64,000 bases of DNA from Actinomycetota bacterium (GTDB lineage: Bacteria; Actinomycetota; Actinomycetes; Nanopelagicales; Nanopelagicaceae): NCBI GenBank assembly GCA_947465575.1, contig CANIBB010000001.1:2804-66803 (forward strand), read 5' to 3'. Within the stretch, counting starts at the first letter, position 1, and every line of letters starts with the position of its first letter. The notes beneath the pieces were generated by a model. That model did no database searches and had not been told where the DNA came from. It saw only the letters and a program-made list of their open reading frames with translations. Below, piece by piece: positions 51,673 through 61,273 of the stretch. Position numbers and translations under genes: made by a program.

Positions 51673-52980
51673 ATGACGACTAGAAGCCTTATTGAAAACG
51701 AAGCCATCCAGATATGCCAGGATTTAATCAGAATCCCCAGCGTTAACTTCGGCGACGGTAAGGGTGATGAGAGAGCGGTCGCACAATACGTAGTGAAATC
51801 TCTTGCCGAGGCAGGAATTGAATCGACAGTCTACGAATCGGCACCAGGTCGCTGCAATGTAATGGCGAGAATTAAAGGATCGGATTCGACTAGACCGGGA
51901 TTAGTTGTGCATGGGCATATAGATGTTGTACCGGCAAATGCCGCTGATTGGAGCGTTGATCCCTTCTGCGGCGACATTATCGACGGCATGATTTGGGGCC
52001 GTGGCGCGGTAGATATGAAGAACATGGATGCGATGATTTTGGCAACGGTCAGACAATGGTCTCGAGATGGCTATATTCCACCGCGCGACATTGTCCTAGC
52101 TTTTTTTGCCGACGAAGAGGCGGGAAGTATTTACGGATCACACTGGTTGGTTGATAACCACCCAGAGCTTTTTGCCGGTTGTACCGAAGCGATATCTGAG
52201 GTTGGCGGTTTTTCCGTCACTATCGGAAACGGTAAACGCCTCTACATGATTGAGACTGCTGAAAAAGGTATTCACTGGATGAGATTAACTGCACATGGTC
52301 GCGCAGGTCATGGCTCGCTAATGAATGATGAGAATGCTTTAACGAGATTGACCGAGGCCGTTGCAAAAATTGGTAACCATCAATGGCCTCAGCGCTATAG
52401 CACAACGGTAAAGGCGCTTTTCAAACGTGTAGCTAGTGCAGCAGGCAAGGTTTATGATGAAAAAGATCTACGCCCACTGCTTTCCGAAGTTGGCTTTGCT
52501 GCTCGCATGATTGGTGCAACGCTTCAAAATACTGCGAACCCAACTATCCTGGAGGCAGGTTATAAGGCAAATGTAATTCCCGGCTCGGCAAGTGCGGTGA
52601 TTGATGGACGGTTTATCCCTGGGTTTGAAGATGAGCTGAATGAAACGATCCGCTCTCTTATCGGACCGCACATAGTCGTTGAAACTATTGCGCGCGATAA
52701 GGCGCTAGAAGTACCTTTTGAGGGCGATCTTGTAGATGCCATGTGTCATGCCATTCTTAAGGAGGATCCGGAGGCAATTCCTGTTCCGTATTTGATGAGC
52801 GGTGGAACAGATAACAAGGCATTAGCAGAGCTCGGCATCATCGGGTATGGCTTTTCACCTTTGAAGTTAGATGAAGATTTCGATTTCATGGCGATGTTCC
52901 ATGGAGTTGATGAGCGTGTACCAGTTGAGGGCTTAACTTTCGGCGTCCGCGTATTGAAAGATTTTCTGGAAAACTCTTAA
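51673..52980 (+). CDS. M20/M25/M40 metallo-hydrolase, copy 2
   Basis: HGHIDVV, GRGAVDMK, ADEEAG, GHGS, SGGTD, HGVDER; same length (435 aa) as copy 1. Confidence 0.93.
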   Translation: MTTRSLIENEAIQICQDLIRIPSVNFGDGKGDERAVAQYVVKSLAEAGIESTVYESAPGRCNVMARIKGSDSTRPGLVVHGHIDVVPANAADWSVDPFCGDIIDGMIWGRGAVDMKNMDAMILATVRQWSRDGYIPPRDIVLAFFADEEAGSIYGSHWLVDNHPELFAGCTEAISEVGGFSVTIGNGKRLYMIETAEKGIHWMRLTAHGRAGHGSLMNDENALTRLTEAVAKIGNHQWPQRYSTTVKALFKRVASAAGKVYDEKDLRPLLSEVGFAARMIGATLQNTANPTILEAGYKANVIPGSASAVIDGRFIPGFEDELNETIRSLIGPHIVVETIARDKALEVPFEGDLVDAMCHAILKEDPEAIPVPYLMSGGTDNKALAELGIIGYGFSPLKLDEDFDFMAMFHGVDERVPVEGLTFGVRVLKDFLENS

Positions 52981-53921
52981 GCGCTTACGTCGTTGAGTGC
53001 GCTTCGAAGAATATCTGGAAGCGAAATCTCTTCACTCTTTATGACTCCACGGAGTTGAGCTCCCGTTCGCGCACCGATAATCGCGCTAGTTACTCCTGGA
53101 GCATCCCTTACCCATGCGAGAGCAACTTCAAGGGGTGAGTAGCCAAGGCCGCTAGCTGCAACTGCCACGGCCTCTACGATTCTAGAACTACGAGAATCTA
53201 AATAGGGTTCGATATGTTTAGCAAAGTGAGGCGCTGCACCGCGTGAATCGCTCGGAACTCCATTTCGATACTTACCCGTTAAAACACCACGAGCAAGTGG
53301 TGACCACGCAAGAAAACCAACGCCACAATCCTGTGCGCACTCCAGAAGTTCTATCTCTACATCTCGATTAAGAAGTGAATACTCCGATTGAATGCTGGTA
53401 ATCGGTGCCTTCATTGAGTTTGACTGCTGCTTCGTCGCTGCTCGCGCTAACTGCCATCCTGCATAGTTACTGACCCCAACATAACGAGCGCGCCCGGTTG
53501 TATATGCATAGTCGAGAGCTGCCAATGTCTCATCCAGAGGAGTGTTGGAATCCCAGGCATGGATCTGCCAGATATCAACAAACTCACTTCCCAAGCGAGC
53601 TAGTGATTTATCAAGCTCGGAAATCAATGACTGGCGTGAAGCGTCGACGTTTCTTTGACCATCTGGAAAACTTAAGCCCGACTTTGTTGCAATTACCAAC
53701 TCATCGCGATTGACGAGCGTTCCAACTAATCCACCAATAACTCTTTCGCTATCGCCATCGCCATATGTATTTGCCGTGTCTAAGAAATTGCCACCTGCAT
53801 CTAAGTATGCCCGGCACTGATCTGCCGCTTCATGTTCATCTGTATCTCGTCCCCATGTCATGGTTCCAAGACCCAAACGCGAGAGCATCAACCCGCTGTT
53901 ACCGGCTCTGCGCATTTCCAT
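52977..53921 (-). CDS. Aldo/keto reductase
   Basis: LGLGTMTWG, DTANTYG, ATK, GVSN, WSPLARGVL, IIGART. Confidence 0.93.
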   Translation of the reverse strand: MEMRRAGNSGLMLSRLGLGTMTWGRDTDEHEAADQCRAYLDAGGNFLDTANTYGDGDSERVIGGLVGTLVNRDELVIATKSGLSFPDGQRNVDASRQSLISELDKSLARLGSEFVDIWQIHAWDSNTPLDETLAALDYAYTTGRARYVGVSNYAGWQLARAATKQQSNSMKAPITSIQSEYSLLNRDVEIELLECAQDCGVGFLAWSPLARGVLTGKYRNGVPSDSRGAAPHFAKHIEPYLDSRSSRIVEAVAVAASGLGYSPLEVALAWVRDAPGVTSAIIGARTGAQLRGVIKSEEISLPDILRSALNDVSA

Positions 53922-53972
53922 GGGGCGACCTTAGCAAGGCGGTCTAGGAAAAGCTGCGATAGCCTTAGCTTT

Positions 53973-54650
53973 ATGCAGGTGGTTTTGATTAGACATGCCC
54001 ATTCCGAGGCCAATGCCAAGGGCATACTTTCTGGACGAATCTCAGGAGTACATTTATCATCGACTGGATTGAAACAGGCCCAAGAGCTTTCACGCAGACT
54101 TGGAGCGATAAAAGTATCGCAACTTCGAATTAGCCCTCTTGAGCGTTGCGTCGAAACGATTTCTCCATGGTGGGAAAGCGTTGGAAGGAAAAGCAATCCG
54201 GGTGTCGAGATTTTCAAAGATGACGGGCTTATTGAGGTTGACTATGGCAAATGGAGCGGAAGGAAATTATCTCTTTTATCTAAGAATAAGCTCTGGAAGA
54301 CTGTGCAAAACAATCCAAGTGGTATGTACTTTCCATCAGGTGAGGGTTTGGCGCAGATGCAAGAGCGGGCAATGCGGGCAGTCTACGGTGCTATTGAATC
54401 TAAAAGAAAAGGCGCCACAGTCTTAGTCAGTCACGGAGATGTGATTAAATCTATTGTTGCATCGGCACTTGGACTGCATCTCGATGGTTTTCAACGCATT
54501 GTTGTTGATCCAGCATCGGTCTCTGTCATTGACTTCAGCGGAGATAATCCTCGAATAATACTTCTCAATGATTCTCGCGCAGATTTGGAGAGTTTTATAA
54601 ACGCTCCTTATAGAAAACGTAATCTCTTGGGCGGGGGAGCTGGTAAGTGA
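53973..54650 (+). CDS. Histidine phosphatase, MSMEG_4193 family
   Basis: LIRHAHSEAN, SPLERC, EVDYGKW, SHGDVIK, FQRIVVDPAS; start ATG 53973. Confidence 0.88.
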   Translation: MQVVLIRHAHSEANAKGILSGRISGVHLSSTGLKQAQELSRRLGAIKVSQLRISPLERCVETISPWWESVGRKSNPGVEIFKDDGLIEVDYGKWSGRKLSLLSKNKLWKTVQNNPSGMYFPSGEGLAQMQERAMRAVYGAIESKRKGATVLVSHGDVIKSIVASALGLHLDGFQRIVVDPASVSVIDFSGDNPRIILLNDSRADLESFINAPYRKRNLLGGGAGK

Positions 54651-55153
54651 GTTTCCTCTTTGACTCCGTGGATCGATTTGTTGCAGGAACAGTTGGGCAG
54701 CCCGGGGAGAGGGCCTTCTTTATACAAGCCAAGAGCGGAGTTCGCTTAGTAACGGTCGCTCTAGAGAAGGCTCAAGTCGCAGCCCTTGCTCAAAGACTCG
54801 AAATAGTTGTCAATGATCTGCGTAAGAATGGTCTTTCGCGTCTTATAGCCTCTGAAACTAGAGATGATGCACCTCTTGATACGCCAATTGAACCGGAGTT
54901 TGAAATAGGTGCAATCTCTATGGCATGGGATGAAACTCAATCGATGATGATAATAGAGCTTTTCGAAATTACTTCGGAGGAGGAAGAGCCAGAGAACTGT
55001 TTAAGAGTTTCGTTGAATCTATCCGTGTGTGATGCATTTGTTAAGAGATCAAAAGCGCTCATTGGTGCAGGGCGATTACCCTGCCCATTCTGTGGAATCC
55101 CCATAGATGCCCAAGGCCATCTCTGTCCGAGGGCAAATGGTTATCGACGATAA
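54647..55153 (+). CDS. DUF3090 family protein
   Basis: RFVAGTVGQPGERAFFIQA, LEKAQV, GRLPCPFCG...GHLCPRANG. Confidence 0.88.
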   Translation: MSFLFDSVDRFVAGTVGQPGERAFFIQAKSGVRLVTVALEKAQVAALAQRLEIVVNDLRKNGLSRLIASETRDDAPLDTPIEPEFEIGAISMAWDETQSMMIIELFEITSEEEEPENCLRVSLNLSVCDAFVKRSKALIGAGRLPCPFCGIPIDAQGHLCPRANGYRR

Positions 55154-55841
55154 ATCCGCTCTTCTAACTAGTGGAGATTTAGTAGTAACAGGACGGTTAG
55201 TTGATGCTTCCAACGCCACTTTATTTGGAGCAGTCACTCATGGCGCAGAGTCAATGAACTGTATTTACAAACCAATAGCCGGAGAGCGACCCTTATGGGA
55301 TTTCCCAGAGGGAGCTTTAGCTCATCGCGAATATGCGGCATATGTGTTGAGCGAGCGTTTAGGTTTCAACCTTGTTCCATTAACCATCTTGCGAGATGGT
55401 CCATATGGATTTGGAATGGTGCAAGAGTGGATTGATATAGACGAGAGCATTGATCTCTCACACTATTTTTCAAGTGATGACCCCGCCCTTCGATCGATGG
55501 CGATTTTTGATGCGATTATAAATAACACTGATAGAAAAATTGGCCACTTACTTCCGAGCCCATCGGGTCATTTGTATGGATGTGACCATGGTGTCACCTT
55601 TCATTCACAGGACAAACTGCGCACCGTGCTCTGGCAATGGTCCGGGGATGACTTAACAGATGGAGAACTCTCGATGCTAAGAGAGAGTCTGAAGAAGTTA
55701 GATGGTGAGATCGATCTTTCACCATATTTGACTCAAGAGGAACTAGTCGCACTTTCAGTCAGAATACAGAGATTAATTACGACGGCAGTAATGCCTGAAC
55801 CAAATCCTGATTGGCCGGCCGTCCCATGGCCTGCATTTTAG
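55137..55841 (+). CDS. SCO1664 family protein (PI3/4-kinase-like)
   Basis: ASNAT, YKPIAGERPLWDFP, NNTDRKIGH, DHG, KLRTVLW, VPWPAF. Confidence 0.85.
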   Translation: MVIDDKSALLTSGDLVVTGRLVDASNATLFGAVTHGAESMNCIYKPIAGERPLWDFPEGALAHREYAAYVLSERLGFNLVPLTILRDGPYGFGMVQEWIDIDESIDLSHYFSSDDPALRSMAIFDAIINNTDRKIGHLLPSPSGHLYGCDHGVTFHSQDKLRTVLWQWSGDDLTDGELSMLRESLKKLDGEIDLSPYLTQEELVALSVRIQRLITTAVMPEPNPDWPAVPWPAF

Positions 55842-55865
55842 AGCGGCATTAACTAGGATGAGAAC

Positions 55866-57107
55866 GTGAAATCTTGGGCCAGCGTTGACATTCCTATGTT
55901 GGATAAAGCCGTTGTTCTTCCTGCTCTACATCTGACAAACTCAAAATCAGGCGTGAAAGAGTTGGTTCCGCTCAAATCTACTTACCGAATGTATGTCTGC
56001 GGGATAACTCCATACGACGCGACACATTTAGGCCATGCCGCGACGTATTTAACTTTTGATTTAATCAATAGATTTCTTCGTGCACAAGGCGCCGAGGTCA
56101 ATTATGTTCAAAACATCACCGATATCGATGATCCATTACTCGAGCGGGCCAAACGCGATGGCCTTGAATGGTCAGAGCTAGCGACTTCTCAGATCAATCT
56201 CTTTACTAGCGATATGGTCAATCTGCGTGTTATTCCGCCTAAAAATTACATTGGTGCTGTTGAAGCGATTCCTTTGGTAGTAGATGCAATTGAGGATTTA
56301 CAGAAGAGGGGTTCGATCTATCCGATTGAAAAGGATTATTATTTTTCAAACTCGCCCGGCTCAACATTCGGAGAGCTTTCGCACCTGAGCCGCTCCGAGA
56401 TGGAGCTCATCTTCGCCGAACGTGGGGGCAATCCAAATCTGCTGGGTAAGTTGGATTCTCTCGACTGCCTTGTTTGGATGTCGCAACGAGAGGGGGAGCC
56501 CGGCTGGCCATCGAGTTTTGGTGTTGGACGCCCTGGCTGGCATATCGAATGCACAGCAATTGCAATTGAGTATCTAAAACCCGATCGCGATGAAGAGACA
56601 CTCATCGATATACAGGGTGGAGGAAGCGATTTAATCTTTCCTCACCATGAGATGTGTCGCTCTCAAGCAAAGATTCTTACAGGAAAAGAGTTAGCAGCCA
56701 ACTATGTGCATGCGGGAATGATTGGTCTCGATGGCGAAAAGATGAGCAAGAGTCTGGGAAATCTGGTTTTAGTTTCTACCTTAGTTTCAAATGGTGTTGA
56801 TCCAATGGCCATTCGGCTGGCATTAATGGGCGATCATTATCGAATCGATCGAATGTGGAGCGATGAGATTTTGAAACGCGCAGAGATTTCAATCAAGAGA
56901 TTAAGGCAGGCCCTTTCCTTAGATAAGGTTGCCAAGACCGAGGATGTCTTGCAAACCATTACCAGAGCTTTGGCCGATGATCTCAATACCGACCAAGTTG
57001 TTAAGGCGATAGAAGCTTGGGTTGATGCAAGCCTTAGTGGCGATACTGGGGGAGATAAAGAGGTGTTCGTAGATTGCCTGGATGCACTTCTTGGCTTAAA
57101 GCTCTAA
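55866..57107 (+). CDS. mshC: Cysteine--GlcN-Ins ligase (mycothiol biosynthesis)
   Basis: MYVCGITPYDATHLGH, ERGG, GRPGWHIEC, GGSDLIFPHH, KMSKS; lacks the CysRS anticodon domain. Confidence 0.94.
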   Translation: MKSWASVDIPMLDKAVVLPALHLTNSKSGVKELVPLKSTYRMYVCGITPYDATHLGHAATYLTFDLINRFLRAQGAEVNYVQNITDIDDPLLERAKRDGLEWSELATSQINLFTSDMVNLRVIPPKNYIGAVEAIPLVVDAIEDLQKRGSIYPIEKDYYFSNSPGSTFGELSHLSRSEMELIFAERGGNPNLLGKLDSLDCLVWMSQREGEPGWPSSFGVGRPGWHIECTAIAIEYLKPDRDEETLIDIQGGGSDLIFPHHEMCRSQAKILTGKELAANYVHAGMIGLDGEKMSKSLGNLVLVSTLVSNGVDPMAIRLALMGDHYRIDRMWSDEILKRAEISIKRLRQALSLDKVAKTEDVLQTITRALADDLNTDQVVKAIEAWVDASLSGDTGGDKEVFVDCLDALLGLKL

Positions 57108-57967
57108 TCTGTCCGACGGCGACGTAAGTAGCGTTCAAACTCTTTTGCGATCATCTCTCCTGAAACATCCGGAATATCGGCTGCATCCTTCGATTTCTCT
57201 AGAGCATTAATATATTCGGCGATGTCACTATCTTCATTTGCCAAATTATTTATTTCAACTTCCCATGAATCCGCCGAAGCCGCTAGATCATCTTGCGGAA
57301 TCGCAATAGAGAAGAGATCTTCTAGCGCATGGATCAATGAGAGAGAGGTTTTTGGTGAGGGTGGATTCGATGCATAGTGGGGGACAGGAGCCCACATCGA
57401 GATCGATTCGATGTCTCGGCGTAGGCAATTATCGTGAATTACACTCAAAATTCCAGTTGGGCCCTCATAAGTAGAAAGCTCTATATTCAGGTGAGACGCG
57501 GATTTTGGAGTGACGGTACTTAGATTGACAGTGATTGGTCTCGTATGCGGAATATCTGCCAATAATGATCCCAATGTTACAACCATGGATATCTCAAGGT
57601 CATCGGCTAAATCTAAAAGTTCAGCTGCAAATGTCCTCCATTTCATCGATGGCTCCGCACCTTTAACGACTACCAAATCACGTTCAAGATGAGGAAGTGC
57701 TATTCCAAATATCTCGGTACTAGGCCAACTAATATCCCTGATATCTCTCTCGTTTGTAAAAACCCTCGGGCGATTAACCTGAAAATCATAAAACTCCTCA
57801 GGATCAATTTCTGCGATTAGATGGATGATGGCATCGTCATCAGTGTTTTGCCAAGCAGATAGGAGGTGATCGAGCGCGCCCGTTGCAGCCTCTGCCGCAT
57901 CGTTCCAACCAGAGAAGGCCACAATCATTACTGGATTTCGTAAGGTAGGTATCTGGTGTATCTCCAC
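57104..57967 (-). CDS. PAC2 (proteasome assembly chaperone) family protein
   Basis: AFSGWNDAAEAA, YDFQVNRP, EPSMKW, PHTRP, YEGPTG, VPHY; start (GTG 57967) uncertain. Confidence 0.88.
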   Translation of the reverse strand: MEIHQIPTLRNPVMIVAFSGWNDAAEAATGALDHLLSAWQNTDDDAIIHLIAEIDPEEFYDFQVNRPRVFTNERDIRDISWPSTEIFGIALPHLERDLVVVKGAEPSMKWRTFAAELLDLADDLEISMVVTLGSLLADIPHTRPITVNLSTVTPKSASHLNIELSTYEGPTGILSVIHDNCLRRDIESISMWAPVPHYASNPPSPKTSLSLIHALEDLFSIAIPQDDLAASADSWEVEINNLANEDSDIAEYINALEKSKDAADIPDVSGEMIAKEFERYLRRRRTD

Positions 57968-57997
57968 ATCAACAAACCTTACGGTAACCTTCCACAA

Positions 57998-58684
57998 GTG
58001 ACCAACCCTATGAATACCAGTTTTTTTGATGCCGTCTTCTTTGATATGGATGGACTTTTGGTTGACTCAGAACCTTTGTGGTTGGAGTCGGAGACGGAGA
58101 TTACGGGAGAATTTGGTTATAGGTGGTCGGAGGCCGACCAAGTTGCCTGTCTTGGCGGCCCACTATCCCGAGTGGGTGAATACATGTTTGAACGATGTAA
58201 TCATCAGAAATCACCCTCATATTTCACACAAAAACTTATAGATGTTCAATGTGCAAAACTACGTGGAAATACACCGTTGATGCCTGGAGTGATGGAGTTA
58301 GTTCGGCAGTTGCAAGATGGGGGCATCCCAACTGCTTTGGTATCTGCAAGTCCTCGAAATATTGTCGATGCCGTTCTTGAAAACCTAGGGGGGAGCCCGT
58401 TTCCCTTTTCAATAAGCAGTGATGATGTAGTTAATACCAAACCACATCCAGATGCATATCTGTTAGCGGCTAAAAAAATTGGTTCTGAAATCTCACGCTC
58501 CCTCATATTCGAAGACTCCCTGACCGGGGTAGCGGCGGCCAAAGCCAGTGGTGCGTGGCTTATAGCTGTGCCACATTTGGTCGTTGTTTCTGAAAGCGAG
58601 CGAGTTCGTAGCATCAAATCACTTGAACAACTATCTTATTCAAAGCTGGAGGAGCTTTTTTACGATTTCAGCGTCGATATTTAG
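57998..58684 (+). CDS. HAD family phosphatase
   Basis: FDMDGLLVDSE, KPHPDAY, FEDSLTG; start GTG 57998 or ATG 58010. Confidence 0.9.
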   Translation: MTNPMNTSFFDAVFFDMDGLLVDSEPLWLESETEITGEFGYRWSEADQVACLGGPLSRVGEYMFERCNHQKSPSYFTQKLIDVQCAKLRGNTPLMPGVMELVRQLQDGGIPTALVSASPRNIVDAVLENLGGSPFPFSISSDDVVNTKPHPDAYLLAAKKIGSEISRSLIFEDSLTGVAAAKASGAWLIAVPHLVVVSESERVRSIKSLEQLSYSKLEELFYDFSVDI

Positions 58685-59445
58685 GATACATGAGCTGGAC
58701 AGATTGTTTTAAAGAAACACCAATCACATAGTCGACTCGGTTTAGGTGGCCAATAATCCTTCTCTATTGAAATGAAAATATCATCGGCGGTGCGATGTAG
58801 GAATTTTTCAGCAGAGTCAAGATCGGCCAGTGTTGGATTACTTTTTACTAACTTTCCATCACCCAAGTAGATCAATTGAAGTAAGCGGGGGAGTACGCCC
58901 GTAGATTTCCAGTAGAGCAGAGCATAGACCCGGAGTTGGAAGAGGGCTTTTTCCTCCCAGCCGGGTTTCGGTGCCTTTCCCGTTTTGTAATCAACGATTC
59001 GTACCTCACCGGTTGGCGCGACATCGAGGCGATCAACGTAGCCATGGAGGTAGACGTTCTCCTCAAAGTCATTTTCCAGATGCATTTCGCGATGCGTCGC
59101 TTCGAAAGTCGTTGGTTTCTCAAGAGTGAAATAAGTTTCAAGCAACGATGAAGCTCTGTCGAGCCACTCTTTCTCATTGCTTACCATGCCGGCTAATTCG
59201 GGTTTAGCCTCTAGCTGTGCCTGCCACCTAGAAGGCAGCAATTCGATGGCCGTTGCAGGAGTTCGCTCACTTGCAATACTTTCGAAGAGATCGTGAAGGA
59301 CCGTGTGAACCAAAGTTCCTCGCTCGGCATCAAGGCTGGGGGGCTGGGGTAGCCGATCTATCGAACGGTACTTGTAGAGTTGTGGACAGTTGTTGTAATC
59401 ATTGACGCTGCTAGGCGAAAGCCGAAGTCTGGGATCTGTACTCAC
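58681..59445 (-). CDS. RecB family PD-(D/E)xK exonuclease with Cys cluster
   Basis: LSPSS...CP, GTLVH, GYVDRLD, VDYKTG, QLRVY, LCDWCFFKTICP. Confidence 0.9.
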   Translation of the reverse strand: MSTDPRLRLSPSSVNDYNNCPQLYKYRSIDRLPQPPSLDAERGTLVHTVLHDLFESIASERTPATAIELLPSRWQAQLEAKPELAGMVSNEKEWLDRASSLLETYFTLEKPTTFEATHREMHLENDFEENVYLHGYVDRLDVAPTGEVRIVDYKTGKAPKPGWEEKALFQLRVYALLYWKSTGVLPRLLQLIYLGDGKLVKSNPTLADLDSAEKFLHRTADDIFISIEKDYWPPKPSRLCDWCFFKTICPAHVS

Positions 59446-59496
59446 GTCACGCAAGATACTCGTATCTCGACAAATATTTTCGCCTAAGATACTCCC

Positions 59497-60348
59497 GTGT
59501 CGAACTTAGGGTATTTCGCAATCGGTGATCGTATTCAATTGACCGACCCCAAGGGCAAGTTGTATAGCTTCACCATCGTTGCCGGAAAAGAGTGGCACAC
59601 TCACAAGGGGTGGATTTCTCATGATGATCTAGTGGGGATGCCAGAAGGCTCAGTAGTAAGCACGACGGCAGGTCTTAAATTCACTGCCTTTAAACCTCTA
59701 CTTGCCGATTATGTTTTAACGATGCCACGGGGCGCCACCATCGTCTATCCAAAAGATGCTGCGATGATCCTAGGCTTGGCCGATATCTACCCAGGGGCCC
59801 GTGTTTTAGAGGCTGGCGTCGGAAGCGGCGCCCTGACTATCTCTCTGCTTCGCGCTGTGGGGGATACGGGAAGCGTTCATTCAGTTGAACGCCGAGCCGA
59901 CTTCGCAGAGAATGCGACATCAAATATAGAAAATTATTTTGGATCCTTACCGACTCATTGGAGATTAACCGTTGGGGATCTACAGGAGCAAGTTGTGTCC
60001 GATGAGTATGATCGAGTGATTTTAGACATGCTCGCTCCATGGGAGTGCGTAGATTTAGCTGCGCGCGCACTTCGTCCTGGCGGAGTCTTTATGGCATACG
60101 TGGCAACAACAACCCAGTTATCAGTTACAGCCGAAGCGATTAAAGCCGATGGGCGATTTACCGAACCCGAGAGTTCAGAGACGATTGTGCGCGGATGGCA
60201 TCATGAAGGTTTAGCTGTGCGTCCCCAACAACGCATGATTGGTCACACAGGTTTTCTTATTCAATCGCGTCGCATGGCTCCAGGTGTTGAAGTTCTAGCT
60301 CGTCGCCGCCGACCTGCAAAAGGGGCCTACGGTGTCTCGGAAGATTGA
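59497..60348 (+). CDS. trmI: tRNA (adenine58-N1)-methyltransferase
   Basis: MPRGATIVYPKDAA, EAGVGSGAL, LDMLAPW, RPQQRMIGHTGF. Confidence 0.95.
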   Translation: MSNLGYFAIGDRIQLTDPKGKLYSFTIVAGKEWHTHKGWISHDDLVGMPEGSVVSTTAGLKFTAFKPLLADYVLTMPRGATIVYPKDAAMILGLADIYPGARVLEAGVGSGALTISLLRAVGDTGSVHSVERRADFAENATSNIENYFGSLPTHWRLTVGDLQEQVVSDEYDRVILDMLAPWECVDLAARALRPGGVFMAYVATTTQLSVTAEAIKADGRFTEPESSETIVRGWHHEGLAVRPQQRMIGHTGFLIQSRRMAPGVEVLARRRRPAKGAYGVSED

Positions 60349-61273
60349 AAGGTTAATCAATCTAACTATCGCCTTACTCGCCACCAAAAGATATCTAACC
60401 AAGAGTGAGATTTTTCGCTCGGTAGATGGATACGAGGGGAGTGAAGAGACTAAAGAGCGAATGTTTGAACGTGACAAAGATGATCTTCGTAACCTAGGTG
60501 TTGCAATTGAGGTAGGTAGTTTTGATTCGGTTTTTGAGGATGAAGCGGGTTATCGCATTAAACCGGAAAAGTATTCGCTCGATCTTGGCGAAATCTCTGG
60601 GGTTCAGATCGCTCTACTCTCATTAGCGGCCGAAGCGTGGAGAGGCGCTGCACTCGATGCACCTGCACATAACGCCCTGACTAAACTTCGCTCAGTCGGA
60701 GTGGAGTCTGATTTGGATGCACTACCTGCAATAGCTCCTCGTTTTAATCCCGCGCACAAGGACTTTCAAATTATTACAAACGCCATATCCAAGCGGGCGC
60801 GCATAAGTTTTTCTTATATTTCCTCAAACTTAGAGATCCAGCTGCGAACTATTGAGCCGTTTACCATCGCTACTAGAGATTCATTCTGGTATCTAGCGGG
60901 TAACGATGTTGATAAATCACAGATACGTATCTTTAGATTGGATCGAATAGAGGGAGATATTTCTATCTCTAAAGCTAATCAGGGTTATGAGATACCGGTT
61001 GGCTTTGATCTATTTGCCCACTTTGAAAATCAAGAGATAGCTGGCACCGCAACTATAGATCTGCGAAAAGGTAAAGCTCAATTACTCCGCACCAGCGCAT
61101 TGACGATAACAGACATGGGTGAGTGGGATCGGATCACGTCGAGCTACATCGACGCTGAGAGATTTATAGAGCTTGTGCTTTGGCATGGTGAAGATGCTTT
61201 GATAATCGAGCCTGAGAGTTTGAAAACGCAGATTATCGCGAAGCTTAATGAGATTGTGGCTCACCATGTCTAA
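60332..61273 (+). CDS. pafB: WYL-domain transcriptional activator PafB
   Basis: KIERLINLTIALL, RMFERDKDDLR, FWYLAG, IFRLDRI; tandem with a second WYL gene before tatAC. Confidence 0.88.
   Translation: MSRKIERLINLTIALLATKRYLTKSEIFRSVDGYEGSEETKERMFERDKDDLRNLGVAIEVGSFDSVFEDEAGYRIKPEKYSLDLGEISGVQIALLSLAAEAWRGAALDAPAHNALTKLRSVGVESDLDALPAIAPRFNPAHKDFQIITNAISKRARISFSYISSNLEIQLRTIEPFTIATRDSFWYLAGNDVDKSQIRIFRLDRIEGDISISKANQGYEIPVGFDLFAHFENQEIAGTATIDLRKGKAQLLRTSALTITDMGEWDRITSSYIDAERFIELVLWHGEDALIIEPESLKTQIIAKLNEIVAHHV

Larger units (their letters stand above)
50311..52980 (+). repeat. Tandem duplication with a 1337-bp unit, including upstream region
   Basis: AGCAATTCGATGAGAGAATGGCGAAATGAC (50311) vs AGCAATTTGATGAGAGGATAGCGAAATGAC (51648); 35-nt identical block at 50636-50670 and 51973-52007. 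Confidence 0.85.

Noticed and set aside
55866-57107. Second cysteinyl-tRNA synthetase
   Set aside because: Length, HLGH/ERGG motifs, lack of anticodon domain and context indicate MshC.
58681-59445. Cas4 / CRISPR system
   Set aside because: This is a standalone RecB-family nuclease in its usual position by trmI; no cas1/cas2 or repeat-spacer array is present.
59453-59473. Possible PafBC (RecA-NDp) promoter upstream of the RecB-like gene (TTGTCGA...TATCTT, minus strand)
   Set aside because: Spacing is 8 nt rather than the 10 nt of TGTCGG-N10-TANNNT, and the hexamer is imperfect.
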